Source: Desulfobacterales bacterium (GTDB lineage Bacteria > Desulfobacterota > Desulfobacteria > Desulfobacterales > UBA5852). Taken from it: DNA of 64,000 nt. Under the pieces are notes generated by a model that saw only the letters and a program-made list of their open reading frames with translations, made no database searches and was not told the origin of the DNA. The DNA is taken from positions 320,001 through 384,000 of the forward strand of contig CAXXVS010000002.1 of assembly GCA_963674755.2 (NCBI GenBank). The letters run 5' to 3'. Each line of letters begins with the position of its first letter. Position 1 is the first letter of the stretch. Positions 48,472-58,496 of this stretch are shown here, in pieces. The position numbers and the translations under genes are program-made.

Positions 48472-48575
48472 TAACGACCTATAAACGCTAAGGAATTTCA
48501 ATGCCGCCCGATTCGAGACGAGAAGCGACGCCCCCCGAAACACATGATCCTACCCAGCCGCCGGAAGCCTTGTGC

Positions 48576-48818
48576 ATGACCCCGATCTACTACAAGATCG
48601 ATCGGCGCCACATCAGCCTGCTGCGGTTTATCCTGGAGGCATATGAAGGCGTGGCAACGCTTACGACCATAGATGCGCGGGTCGGCATCGTCAAAGTACT
48701 GATGGCGCCGGGCCGCGAATCCCTTGTGGCGGATTTGATGGCGGCGCTTTGCGAGAGCCGCGAAATTCTGATGGAACCGCTGCCGGCAGCACCCTCCGAT
48801 TCCCCAGGTGATCCATGA
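48576..48818 (+). CDS. Small protein, DUF4911-like
   Basis: IDRRHISLLRFILEAYEGVATLTTID pattern; ATGA overlap with miaB; start uncertain (48501 possible). Confidence 0.7.
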   Translation: MTPIYYKIDRRHISLLRFILEAYEGVATLTTIDARVGIVKVLMAPGRESLVADLMAALCESREILMEPLPAAPSDSPGDP

Positions 48819-50233
48819 GACCGCAAAAGCTTTTCATTCAGACCATTGGCTGTCAGATGAACGTCTACGATTCGGAACGCATCATCCGTGTGCTGGCGTC
48901 CTGCGGCTATCGCCCGACCGAGGTGCTTGAGGAGGCGGACCTGGTGATCACCAACACCTGCGCCATCCGCGCCAAGGCCGAGCAGAAAGCCTTCAGCTTT
49001 ATCGGTCGGCTGGCACGAATGAAGCGCCGGAACCCGAGCCTGCTGATCGGGGTCGGGGGCTGCGTCGCCCAGCAGGAGGGCGAGGCCATCCTGACGCGCA
49101 TGCCCCATGTGGATCTGGTTTTCGGTACGCATGCCATTGCGCGGCTCCCTGAGCTCATTGCCCAAATCAGGAACCGTCAGGGCCGGGTGGTGGATGTGCA
49201 GTGCGCGGACAGCATTGCGGAAATGGCGTTCATGGATGGGGATACTGGCCTCGCGGGACCGGTTTCGCGGTTTGTCACCATTATGCAGGGCTGCGACAAT
49301 TATTGCACTTATTGTGTTGTCCCCTATGTGCGCGGACCGGAGATGAGCCGCCCGCCCGACCGTATTGTCGCGGAGATTGAGGCGCTGGTCTTGGAAGGGG
49401 TGCGGGAAGTGACCCTGCTCGGCCAGAATGTCAACAGCTATGGTTGCAAGGAGGGACTGCCCTCCTTTGCCGACCTTCTGGAACGCATCAACCGCATTGC
49501 GGGGCTGTCGCGCATCCGGTTCACCACATCCCACCCCAAAGACCTCTCCGACGACCTCATGGCGGCCTTCGGGAAGCTCGACAAGCTTTGCCCCCATATC
49601 CATCTGCCGGTCCAGTCCGGGTCGGATCGAATCCTCAAGCGGATGAACCGCAACTATACGCGCCGGCTCTACCTGGAGCGCATCGCACGCCTGCGCCGCG
49701 TTCGGCCGGATATGGCTGTCACCTCGGATTTTATCGTCGGTTTTCCCGGTGAGTCCCGCCGGGACTTTGAGCAGACCCTGACATTGGTGGAAGACGTCGG
49801 TTTCGACAGCATTTTTGCGTTCATGTATTCGGATCGCGATATCGCACCCGCTTCACACTTTAAAGACAAAGTGCGCGGGGAAGAGAAGAAAGACCGGCTC
49901 CAAGAACTCCTCGCAGCCCAGGAGGCCATCACCCTGGCGAAAAACCAGGCCCTGGTGGGAAGCGTCCAGCCGATTCTGGTGGAGGGCCGAAGCAACCGCC
50001 CCGGTCTGGCGGATGCGCGTGATGAAGGACCCCAGTGGACCGGGCGCACCCCGGGAAACAAGATCGTCAATTTCAGCTGGCTCCCGGATGCCGCGGACGG
50101 GGTTGACGTGCCGGTCGGGGGCTTAGTCGATGTTGAAATAAAGAAGGCCTTCTCGCATTCGTTATACGGCTGCCTGATGTGCGGAAACGCCTCAAACGGC
50201 TGCCGGGAAGGAAAGAAATGCCATGCTGCATAA
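48815..50233 (+). CDS. miaB: tRNA i6A37 methylthiotransferase
   Basis: GCQMNVYDS, NTCAIR, GCVAQ, radical SAM CDNYCTYC, HLPVQSGS, IVGFPGE, TRAM domain. Confidence 0.96.
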   Translation: MRPQKLFIQTIGCQMNVYDSERIIRVLASCGYRPTEVLEEADLVITNTCAIRAKAEQKAFSFIGRLARMKRRNPSLLIGVGGCVAQQEGEAILTRMPHVDLVFGTHAIARLPELIAQIRNRQGRVVDVQCADSIAEMAFMDGDTGLAGPVSRFVTIMQGCDNYCTYCVVPYVRGPEMSRPPDRIVAEIEALVLEGVREVTLLGQNVNSYGCKEGLPSFADLLERINRIAGLSRIRFTTSHPKDLSDDLMAAFGKLDKLCPHIHLPVQSGSDRILKRMNRNYTRRLYLERIARLRRVRPDMAVTSDFIVGFPGESRRDFEQTLTLVEDVGFDSIFAFMYSDRDIAPASHFKDKVRGEEKKDRLQELLAAQEAITLAKNQALVGSVQPILVEGRSNRPGLADARDEGPQWTGRTPGNKIVNFSWLPDAADGVDVPVGGLVDVEIKKAFSHSLYGCLMCGNASNGCREGKKCHAA

Positions 50234-50720
50234 AGCGGTCATCGCCGGACTGACCATGGACCCGGCCAGCAACACCCCCATCGTTATCCTCAAAACCGAA
50301 GAGGGCGATCAGGCGGTACCGATTTGGATCGGTCTGCTGGAGGCCACCTCGATTGCATCGGCTTTGCAGAAGGTCAAGTTCGATCGACCCATGACCCATG
50401 ACCTGTTTAAGAATTTTGCGCAGATGCAAGGGGTTACTGTCAGCAGTATCGAAGTCTGCGACCTCAAGGACAACACCTATTACGCGCGGATCAATTTCCT
50501 GTCCCGGGACGAACGTTTCAGTATGGATGCCCGTCCCAGCGATGCCCTCGGTATCGCCCTGCGGTTTGAAGCGCCCATTTTCATCAGTCAGGAGGTCATT
50601 GACAAGGCCCGTCCCGTGGAAGCGGATGGCGAAGCCCTGGATGACAGTGAAGAGGGGCGCAAATGGAAAGAGTACCTCGAAAAACTCTCGCCCGAGGATT
50701 TCGGTAAATACAAAGTATAG
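50223..50720 (+). CDS. Bifunctional nuclease family protein (DUF151)
   Basis: PIWIGLLEA, RPMTHDL, DARPSDA. Confidence 0.92.
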   Translation: MLHKAVIAGLTMDPASNTPIVILKTEEGDQAVPIWIGLLEATSIASALQKVKFDRPMTHDLFKNFAQMQGVTVSSIEVCDLKDNTYYARINFLSRDERFSMDARPSDALGIALRFEAPIFISQEVIDKARPVEADGEALDDSEEGRKWKEYLEKLSPEDFGKYKV

Positions 50721-50959
50721 CCTGATCGCACCCCGACCGCCGTCGCCGATCCTGAATTGACGCCCTTGTCGGAACGGCCTCGGCCGGAAATCCCCGCCGC
50801 CCCTGAATCAGAGCCGCTGCCTTGCCCTGAAAATCGTACATATGGTGGTAGTTTTGTTTTGCCTCTACAAGATATTGTTGACACATGCCCTATTTTTCGC
50901 TATCTCTGCTGGCTAACCAATCGTTGATCTCATCCCTGTGCCATGCCATGCGGAGCCCC

Positions 50960-51322
50960 ATGGAATCCGTTCTGATCATAGATGACGAACAGGCTATCTT
51001 GCAGGTATTCCACTATGCCCTGACCCGCAGCGGCTACGACGTCGCGACGGCGGTCGATGGGCGCGAGGGGCTGCGGAAGTTCCTGGAGGGGCGGTTCGAT
51101 CTCGTCGTCACCGATGTGCTGGTGCAAGGCATGGATGGCCGCGATGTTTTGAAGCAGATCCGTTCTTCCGATAGGCATCAGACCCCGGTCATCGGCATGT
51201 CGGGAACACCGTGGCTTCTCGATAACGCCGGCTTCGATCAGGTTCTGGAAAAACCCTTTTCAATCCATCATCTGGTGGCATCCATCCAAGGCCTCATCAA
51301 AGCCAGTCTGCCGGCCGCTTGA
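50960..51322 (+). CDS. Single-domain response regulator
   Basis: VLIIDDE, DLVVTD, MDG, MSG, KPF. Confidence 0.85.
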   Translation: MESVLIIDDEQAILQVFHYALTRSGYDVATAVDGREGLRKFLEGRFDLVVTDVLVQGMDGRDVLKQIRSSDRHQTPVIGMSGTPWLLDNAGFDQVLEKPFSIHHLVASIQGLIKASLPAA

Positions 51323-51440
51323 TCGCTTTCCCGCCCAAATCCCACGCCAGTTCGTCCTGCGTATGCGGGGCCTCGCGTTTTATGACGCCAAGCGTTCGCC
51401 CGTCCGGCGACCCCGAGGCACTGTCCGCTTCGCGCTCGGT

Positions 51441-52640
51441 TCAATAGCAAAACTGGCCGTTGGTGTAGATGATGACCGACCGGCCGCCCTTCAAACGGGC
51501 CACGACCTCCTTGGGCGCGGTATTGACCAGATCCCAGTGCAATGCGGAAGTGTTGAACCCCAGAGACTTCTTCATCTTGGGGGTAAGGTCGGCGGGGCGT
51601 CCCCGGAACGTATCGCTGTAGGACGATCCCAGGGCGATATGGCAATTGCCGTGACGGCCGCCGAAGTTTTCATCATACAGGGTGTTGGCCATAAACCGGT
51701 TGATTTTCGAGAAGCGGCGGTCGGTCAAAGAAAATTCTCCCACCCGGCAGGCGCCGGGATCCATGGCCAATTGCTGGCGCAGGAAGGATTGGCCCTGTGT
51801 CGCGCGGGCCGTGGTGACCTTCCCCTTTTGGAACTCGAGGGTCACGTCGGCCACATAATTCCCGCTGCGGTAAGAGGGCTGGTTGGCGTGGTAAACCCCC
51901 CGGGTGCCATGCCAGTCGGGGGATGTGAACAGTTCGAAACTGGGGATATTGTGGCCTGACAGACCGATCCATTGCCGCTCCGCCCCGGGGGTGACCTGCA
52001 GGTCGATCTTCTCCGATGCCACATGCAAGGATTTCACTGCCAGGCTGTTGAGCCATTTCTTGATGGCCAGGGCCTGCTGGAAGATTTCCTGCCAATGGTC
52101 CAGGGGCTGGGTGCGATTCAGAAAACAGGCCTGGACCACCTGGGCCGCATAGGCCTCCAAAGACAGGTTCGCGTGGCGGGCCAGTTCAGGAGTTGGCACC
52201 ATGCACAAGGTCCAGCCGAAAAGACCTTGGGCGTCGCGTTGGTCGAGAATATCGCGCAGGGGTTTGCGGGCCACCGTGACGCGGCCGATCCGCGTGGGAT
52301 CGATGCGGCTTAAGTGGGTGATGGATTCGGGGGCATAAAGAAAGATGCTGCCGTTTAGCCGATGGAGGAGGGTGTCCTCGCCCGGAGGGATAAAGCTCAA
52401 CTGCCGCGGATTCGCCAAACCGTAAAAATCGGTCTCCATGGTCGGGGTCGGCATGACGCGCATCACCGGATGGATCCCGCGCTCCAGCAGGCGGCCGTGC
52501 AGGATTTCCGCCAGGGGCCGGGCGGGCCAATCGAAGCGCAGTAAAACGATGTCGTTTTTTTTAAAGCGTTTTTTGCGGGCCTTGGCAAGGGCCCACATCA
52601 TGACATCCGCATACCGCTGCCATTGTTTGTCGGTCAGCAC
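51441..52640 (-). CDS. Aminopeptidase (M29 thermophilic metalloprotease family)
   Basis: NIPSFELFTSP, RVGEF, LYDEN, CHIALG, SALHWDLV. Confidence 0.9.
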   Translation of the reverse strand: MLTDKQWQRYADVMMWALAKARKKRFKKNDIVLLRFDWPARPLAEILHGRLLERGIHPVMRVMPTPTMETDFYGLANPRQLSFIPPGEDTLLHRLNGSIFLYAPESITHLSRIDPTRIGRVTVARKPLRDILDQRDAQGLFGWTLCMVPTPELARHANLSLEAYAAQVVQACFLNRTQPLDHWQEIFQQALAIKKWLNSLAVKSLHVASEKIDLQVTPGAERQWIGLSGHNIPSFELFTSPDWHGTRGVYHANQPSYRSGNYVADVTLEFQKGKVTTARATQGQSFLRQQLAMDPGACRVGEFSLTDRRFSKINRFMANTLYDENFGGRHGNCHIALGSSYSDTFRGRPADLTPKMKKSLGFNTSALHWDLVNTAPKEVVARLKGGRSVIIYTNGQFCY

Positions 52641-52716
52641 GTTTTTTTTCTCTCTCTGGATTTAGGAGGGATGTCCGCATCCGCCCGCCCGCAATCGGGC
52701 GGTCAGCCAACGTCTC

Positions 52717-52965
52717 CTATCGGTCTTTAAGGAATAGCCGATGATACTCTTCTTCGCTCAGATGGTTTTTCAAGAGACGGCCCAAGGTATCGAAAAATTC
52801 CAGCCGTTCATTCTCTGTCATGCGCTCCGCCAATGTACGGGCCAGGGCGTCATCGGCGATTTTTTGAAGATAGAATACAATTGTGTTGATATCGGAATCT
52901 TGATCCAGCCCGAAACCCACGAATCCGTCATATTCTTCCACAAAACGATGGGAGTGTCTGACCAT
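52717..52965 (-). CDS. Small acidic hypothetical protein
   Basis: 82 aa ORF with AAGGGA RBS, upstream of the aminopeptidase on the same strand. Confidence 0.75.
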   Translation of the reverse strand: MVRHSHRFVEEYDGFVGFGLDQDSDINTIVFYLQKIADDALARTLAERMTENERLEFFDTLGRLLKNHLSEEEYHRLFLKDR

Positions 52966-53185
52966 GTGTGTTATAAGTCCCTTCCCGATGGGGGCTGAAC
53001 GACAGGACGGAGCCTTGTTCGGCATCTGCGGCCGGCAAGCTGGCGCAGACCGAAGGCCCGGATTCCTGTGACAACAGACCCTATCCGGTCACCATAGATC
53101 ACCTGACCGCAACGGTCAATGTCTGACGATCCAGAAAAATTTGCGCTTTCCAAAGGCGTACCCAGACGCGGAGACGGATACCCTC

Positions 53186-54091
53186 ATGATCCTAGAATGC
53201 GACTATTTTACGACCCACGACGGCCTTGCGATACGCTGGGGGGCGGCCGCCGCGAACGCCACACCGGCACGGGGCACCGTTTTGTTCCTCAACGGTCGTA
53301 CGGAGTATATGGAAAAATACGCCGAAGTCTGCGAGGCGCTGTCTGAACGGGGCTTTGCGGTCTACAGTCTGGACTGGCGGGGGCAGGGCCTTTCCGACCG
53401 GCTGCTGCCCGACAGCCAGAAGGGTCATGTGGACGACTTTGAGGATTATCTGCGCGATCTGGAGCAGTTGATGACGATCGTGCAACATCGTGGCGCCCCT
53501 CTGCCATTCGTTCTTCTCGGTCATTCCATGGGGGGCCATCTGGCCCTGCGCTTTCTCGCAAGGCACCCGGAGCAGTTTGCCTGCGGCGTTTTGTCTTCTC
53601 CCATGATCGACATTCAGGTGCCGAAATTCCTGCCCCGCCGGCTGCTGCGCTGGCTGGTTCGTAGGGCGCTGCGGCGGGGGCAGTCGGAAAGCTATGTATT
53701 CGGTGCCGGTCCCTTCGGTGCCCGTGATCGTCGCTTCGAGGGCAATCCCCTGACTTCCGACCGCACGCGTTTCCAACGCAATGTGGATATGATCGCGCGC
53801 GATCCGCGCTTGGCGCTGGGCGGTGTCACTTTCGGCTGGTTGTCCGCCGCCCTGCGCTCCATCGACGATATTGCCGCACCGCACTTCGTCCGCACCTTGG
53901 CCGTGCCGCTCCTCATGGTGACGGCCACGGAGGACCGAATTGTCTCGCGGCGCGCCCAGGGAGCGTTCTGCCAGCAAGCGCCCGACTGCCGGCAGCTGCT
54001 TATCGAAGGGGCCCGCCACGAATTGCTGGTGGAGACGGATCCCCGACGCGCCCAGTTCTGGCAGGCTTTTGACCGGTTTGTTGCGGGCTGA
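53186..54091 (+). CDS. Alpha/beta hydrolase, lysophospholipase L2 (PldB-like)
   Basis: GRTEYMEKY, DWRGQGLS, GHSMGG, ARHELLVE. Confidence 0.88.
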   Translation: MILECDYFTTHDGLAIRWGAAAANATPARGTVLFLNGRTEYMEKYAEVCEALSERGFAVYSLDWRGQGLSDRLLPDSQKGHVDDFEDYLRDLEQLMTIVQHRGAPLPFVLLGHSMGGHLALRFLARHPEQFACGVLSSPMIDIQVPKFLPRRLLRWLVRRALRRGQSESYVFGAGPFGARDRRFEGNPLTSDRTRFQRNVDMIARDPRLALGGVTFGWLSAALRSIDDIAAPHFVRTLAVPLLMVTATEDRIVSRRAQGAFCQQAPDCRQLLIEGARHELLVETDPRRAQFWQAFDRFVAG

Positions 54092-54098
54092 TGTCCCC

Positions 54099-54893
54099 TC
54101 AGGTCTGGCAGTCCTTGTTGCAAAATCGCTGCACAGCATCGAGATAGATCTCCATCCCCCGAAGAAAAATATCGTTGTGGTTGGCGCCGGGGATTTTCAC
54201 ATGGCGCTTGGTGGGTGACGGCGAGGCGGCGAAGAGGGCTTCGCTGTCGCTGTAGGGGATGATGTGGTCATACTCGGCATGCAGGATGAGGGTGGGGCCT
54301 TTATAGGTCTTGATTTTATCCAGATTGGCAAAACCGGCTGTTTCCTCGAAGCCGATCGTTTCAGGATCGATGCCCAGCAGCCGCAGCAGCGGGGCCGCAT
54401 AGGCAAAACCACTTTCGATGATCAAGCCCTGGATGCGATCCGGGTGGGCCGCCGCCAATTCCAGGACCGAGGCACTACCCAATGACCGCCCCAGCAGAAT
54501 CAGGGGGCCGGTATAGGCGTTGTCTTTGAGCCAGTTCTGGCAATAATCCAGGATCAAATGGCAGTCCGCCATCATGGCCGCGACGCTGGGCGCGCCGCTG
54601 GAGCGTCCGTAGCCACGGTAATCCACCGCCAGCAAGTTGAGCCGGCGTGCATTGTAAAGCGGGGCAAGGTCGTCGTAATCGGCCACGATCTCACCGTTGC
54701 CATGGAAGAAAAGCAGATTGGCATCGGTGGTGGTGCCCAAATGGAAGCGGGCCCCGATGGTGTGATCGACTGAGACCGGGATATCCACATCGATTCCCGG
54801 TCCAGTGCCTGCGCCGGACCATTCCGGGCGGGGATGAAACAAGCGGGTCAGAACCTCAGGGCGGTCCAAAGTCGCGTAATTCGGCTGTGCCAT
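54099..54893 (-). CDS. Alpha/beta hydrolase (ABHD-like)
   Basis: FFHGNGE, DYRGYGRS, GRSLGS, D and H triad residues (HND). Confidence 0.88.
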   Translation of the reverse strand: MAQPNYATLDRPEVLTRLFHPRPEWSGAGTGPGIDVDIPVSVDHTIGARFHLGTTTDANLLFFHGNGEIVADYDDLAPLYNARRLNLLAVDYRGYGRSSGAPSVAAMMADCHLILDYCQNWLKDNAYTGPLILLGRSLGSASVLELAAAHPDRIQGLIIESGFAYAAPLLRLLGIDPETIGFEETAGFANLDKIKTYKGPTLILHAEYDHIIPYSDSEALFAASPSPTKRHVKIPGANHNDIFLRGMEIYLDAVQRFCNKDCQT

Positions 54894-54985
54894 AGCGGGT
54901 TGCAGGCTCCTTTCGCTCTTGACTCCCAGGCGCCTATGCCGCCCATTCCTGAGGGAAAGAAAGCAGTTACAAGCGGCGATAGGCG

Positions 54986-55600
54986 CTAGGAGATTTCTTT
55001 TTCAACGTTGGCCTGTTCGAGCAAACGGGCCAGAAAATCTTCCACATTCCCCAAAGGGCCAGGGACCTCCAGAATGCGATGCAGCGTTCCGTCGCTCGTG
55101 TACGTGAAAGCGACAAAGGTCGGCGTTACCCGGACCCCCAACTGGCGTGCGAGCTGGCGGCTGCGGTCGGGAAAGAGTGGGAATCGGACATTGAAGCGCT
55201 TTCGGAAAGCGTCCACCTCGTAGTTTGTATTGCCCGCCCCGATACCGATGATCTTGATCCGCCCGTCCAGCGAAGGATCGGCTGCGATGCGTTGATAGAG
55301 CCGGTTGACGTTGGGGGCTTCCTGCTGACAATGGGGGCAGTACATGGAGAAGACTTCGATAACCACCAGTTCGGCCCGAATGTCGGCCAGGGGGAATTCC
55401 CCAGGGGCATCAATGCCGAGATAGGTCCGCTGATTCTGGTCGGACAGGGCCGGCAGCATCAGTCCGGATCCGGGGTCCAAGGACGAGGAGCAGGCTGGCG
55501 GGGCGGAAACGGGTCCCGTGGGGCTGGTGCAGCCTATGATCAGAAGCATGCTCGATAGATGAATCAGTATTCGCAATGGCGCATGGCGGTATCGCGTCAC
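54986..55600 (-). CDS. TlpA-family thiol-disulfide oxidoreductase, likely lipoprotein
   Basis: LIIGC lipobox, FSMYCPHC, cis-Pro TPTF. Confidence 0.85.
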   Translation of the reverse strand: MTRYRHAPLRILIHLSSMLLIIGCTSPTGPVSAPPACSSSLDPGSGLMLPALSDQNQRTYLGIDAPGEFPLADIRAELVVIEVFSMYCPHCQQEAPNVNRLYQRIAADPSLDGRIKIIGIGAGNTNYEVDAFRKRFNVRFPLFPDRSRQLARQLGVRVTPTFVAFTYTSDGTLHRILEVPGPLGNVEDFLARLLEQANVEKEIS

Positions 55601-55726
55601 CCGTATCTCCTTCGAAGGATGGCCTTACAATAGACAGGATCGGCCGGAAAGGGAGGCCGCTAACTTCGATGCCATGATCATAGGGCGTCAGAGCGTGCCG
55701 TGCAAGTCGGCCCCGACGTGTGCCCC

Positions 55727-56944
55727 TCAGGTCGGCCGGCGGGCGCCTGGCCGGCCAAGCATGGCCAAACCCGCCAAGGCGCACAGGAGGGCTGACATCA
55801 GGGCCACCGCCCCGGTGCCCTGGGAAACCCAGAGCAGACCGCCCGTCACGGCCCCGGCCATGCGCCCCAGGCCGGCTACGGCCAACATCCCGGACATCAT
55901 GGTGGCGCGCTGGTCCGGAAGAATTTCAGTGGCCATGGACAGGGCGGTTACAAAGGTGAATTCGACCGCCACGAACAGGGCGAAAAGACCGCCGAGGGCC
56001 ATGGGCAACGCCCTATCGGTCCAGGGCAGGATCAGGTAGCCGACCAGGCTCAACCCGATGCCCATGGTCAAGGCCCGCGCCTTGCCCATGCGATCCGCCA
56101 GGCCCACCGTCATGAATTCGCCACCCAGCTCCGCAACGCCGATCACGCTCGTGCCAAGCCCCAGCTGAGCCACGTTCAGATGAAACTGCTGCTCCAGCCA
56201 GGCCCCATAGATGACGAAGATACCGTCGTTGGCCATGCTGACCAGAAACGCCACAGCCAGCATGGTCTTTGCCTTGCGTGACCTGAAGAGCCGCTTCCAG
56301 GCGCGCCCGATCTCGGCGCGGCCCGACGGACCCTCAGCACGGCGCGCCTCGGGCGGTAGGCGCAGGGCGATCATCACCATGCCGGCAAGGGCCGCCATGC
56401 CCATCACAAGGAAGGGCGCCCGCCAACCGCGCCAGGCAATCAGCAGGCCCAGCAGGGGAATTCCCACCAGGGTGCTGGCGGCCCAGCTGGTTTCAATCAG
56501 GCCGATGACCAAGCCCCGTTTGGCATAAGGAACCTGCTCGCCGACATAGGCCTGGATCGCCGGATCGAAAATGTTCTTGCCCAAACCGGCCAGGAAAAGC
56601 GCTATCAATACGACCGCAAAAAAGGGCAGGCTGGCGGCGGCGAGCATGCCGGCGGCCAGCACGAAAAGCCCCAGCAGCATCATGAAGCGGTACCCCAGCC
56701 GATCGGCAAAAGGGCCGAAGAACAAGGCCAGCAGACCGCTGGCCTGGTTGACAGCGATCATCGAGGTGATATGGGTGAGGGGCACCCCCATGGCCCGACT
56801 CAGGATTGGTGCGAAAGGGTAGGCAAACCGACGGGCCGTGTTGAGCACCAGCCGGCATCCCCCCGTCAGAACCAGATCCAATACCAGCCCTTGGCGACCG
56901 GAACGGGGAGTCCTGGCCCGGGAATTCGTGCAAGCCATTGCCAT
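55727..56944 (-). CDS. MFS transporter
   Basis: About 12 hydrophobic segments; GPFADRLGYR and GLADRMGK motif A; GWRAPF. Confidence 0.9.
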   Translation of the reverse strand: MAMACTNSRARTPRSGRQGLVLDLVLTGGCRLVLNTARRFAYPFAPILSRAMGVPLTHITSMIAVNQASGLLALFFGPFADRLGYRFMMLLGLFVLAAGMLAAASLPFFAVVLIALFLAGLGKNIFDPAIQAYVGEQVPYAKRGLVIGLIETSWAASTLVGIPLLGLLIAWRGWRAPFLVMGMAALAGMVMIALRLPPEARRAEGPSGRAEIGRAWKRLFRSRKAKTMLAVAFLVSMANDGIFVIYGAWLEQQFHLNVAQLGLGTSVIGVAELGGEFMTVGLADRMGKARALTMGIGLSLVGYLILPWTDRALPMALGGLFALFVAVEFTFVTALSMATEILPDQRATMMSGMLAVAGLGRMAGAVTGGLLWVSQGTGAVALMSALLCALAGLAMLGRPGARRPT

Positions 56945-57248
56945 CTCCTTGGGGATGATCGATCAGGGCGATCGAACCGTCGGCCGTAGTTAGCGCTTAG
57001 GATCGGCAATTGCAACCCCGGAACAATTTCTGATGGGTGCTCGCCATGCCATATGGCCGTCTTTGACACTCAGAGCCGGAAGTCGGTGGCGGCTGCCGAA
57101 GGGCTCTGCTATGAATGCGATCCATTTTACAACTTGCATTCATCGTCCGGATGTTTTAATTTTCACTTAAACTCGTAAACGACACTAAAGCATCAGGGCA
57201 TCGCTAACCGACCGCCTTCGACCGTTTTTACCAGTGGGACAAATTGCC

Positions 57249-57857
57249 ATGGGAAAGAAAAAGAATTTGATAGAGACGGCTGTCAGGCTATTTGCCGACC
57301 AGGGCTATGACGGCACGACGACCCTCCAGATTTCACGGGAGGCGGGGGTGACAGAGCCTTTGATCTACTATCATTTCAAGGGGAAGGAGGAGTTGTTTAC
57401 CTATATCCTGAATGAGGCCTTCGATGAATATGTCGCCCGTCTGGAGGCCATCCCCCAAGATACCGCAACGGAATTCAGCAAGATCGAAAATTTGATCCAC
57501 GCCACGCAACAGGCGGTCGAGGATATGCCCCGCAGGACCCGCCTGGTGATGAGTTCTTGCCCGGCGCGCATCAAAGATCCGAACCATGTATGTTACAGCC
57601 GCATGGTCGACATTTATGGCTGGTACGAAACCTACCTTACACGCTGCCTGGAAAAGGGCATCGCCACCGGGGAATTCCAAAACGTACCGGTTGCCGAAAC
57701 GGCATTCATCCTGATATCGATGATCAACGGGATGAGCCGACAGCATTCCCTGCTCAACGGCAGCGGTGTCGCTGCCGCCCGTCAGGCAGCGGTCGAGTTT
57801 TGCCGCCGCAGTCTCCTGGTCGGACAGCATCCCCGTCCGGTCGTGCCCAACATGTGA
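57249..57857 (+). CDS. TetR/AcrR family regulator
   Basis: A..LFADQGY..TT...I..EAGV...LIYYHFKGKEELF; divergent from the MFS gene. Confidence 0.92.
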   Translation: MGKKKNLIETAVRLFADQGYDGTTTLQISREAGVTEPLIYYHFKGKEELFTYILNEAFDEYVARLEAIPQDTATEFSKIENLIHATQQAVEDMPRRTRLVMSSCPARIKDPNHVCYSRMVDIYGWYETYLTRCLEKGIATGEFQNVPVAETAFILISMINGMSRQHSLLNGSGVAAARQAAVEFCRRSLLVGQHPRPVVPNM

Positions 57858-57884
57858 TTCGCAACCGACAAAACAGGAGTTCTT

Positions 57885-58154
57885 TTGAGGACACCCAACG
57901 ATTTCCCACCCGGAAAGAAGCGACTTACACCGACCTATATTGTGTTCCACATCCTTTTTTCGGAGGACACCTGGCGCGTAGCGATCGGCATTGCCCTGGC
58001 CGTTGTGTCGGCGCCGATGCTGCGGCCCTTCGATCACACCGGTATCGGACGCTATATCATGTTCGTCGCGGCGGTCCTCATCGGTTGGGCGATCTCCAAA
58101 GCGCCAAGTCAATGGATTGTTCGACAAATCAGGCAGTTGTTTCCCAACCAATAG
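57885..58154 (+). CDS. Small two-TM membrane protein
   Basis: AGGAG RBS with TTG start; two hydrophobic segments. Confidence 0.6.
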   Translation: MRTPNDFPPGKKRLTPTYIVFHILFSEDTWRVAIGIALAVVSAPMLRPFDHTGIGRYIMFVAAVLIGWAISKAPSQWIVRQIRQLFPNQ

Positions 58155-58496
58155 TGCTTTCCCGGAACATTTTTTTAATCCTGCGCAGCACCGTCAGGGA
58201 GGTCGCGCAGGGCACGGTGGCGCAACGCGGGCGGTCCGGATGCCATGTTTAGCGGACGCCTTTGGGGCGACGCATCATATGGTCGCGCGTATTGACACGC
58301 CTGACACCGCCTTCTATACTCAACCGAGATGGGGCGATTTGCCCTGCAGGCGGCAAACGACAGGCGCCCGTTAAATTCTGCCCCCTAGCGGGGAAACCGT
58401 GGCGGGGTGGCGAGGGTGCTAGGCAAGCCTCCCAGGCGGTCCGGTTGGCGATCGAAGCGTGCCGTGCCGGAAGCGGCATCAAAGAGGATAACACCT

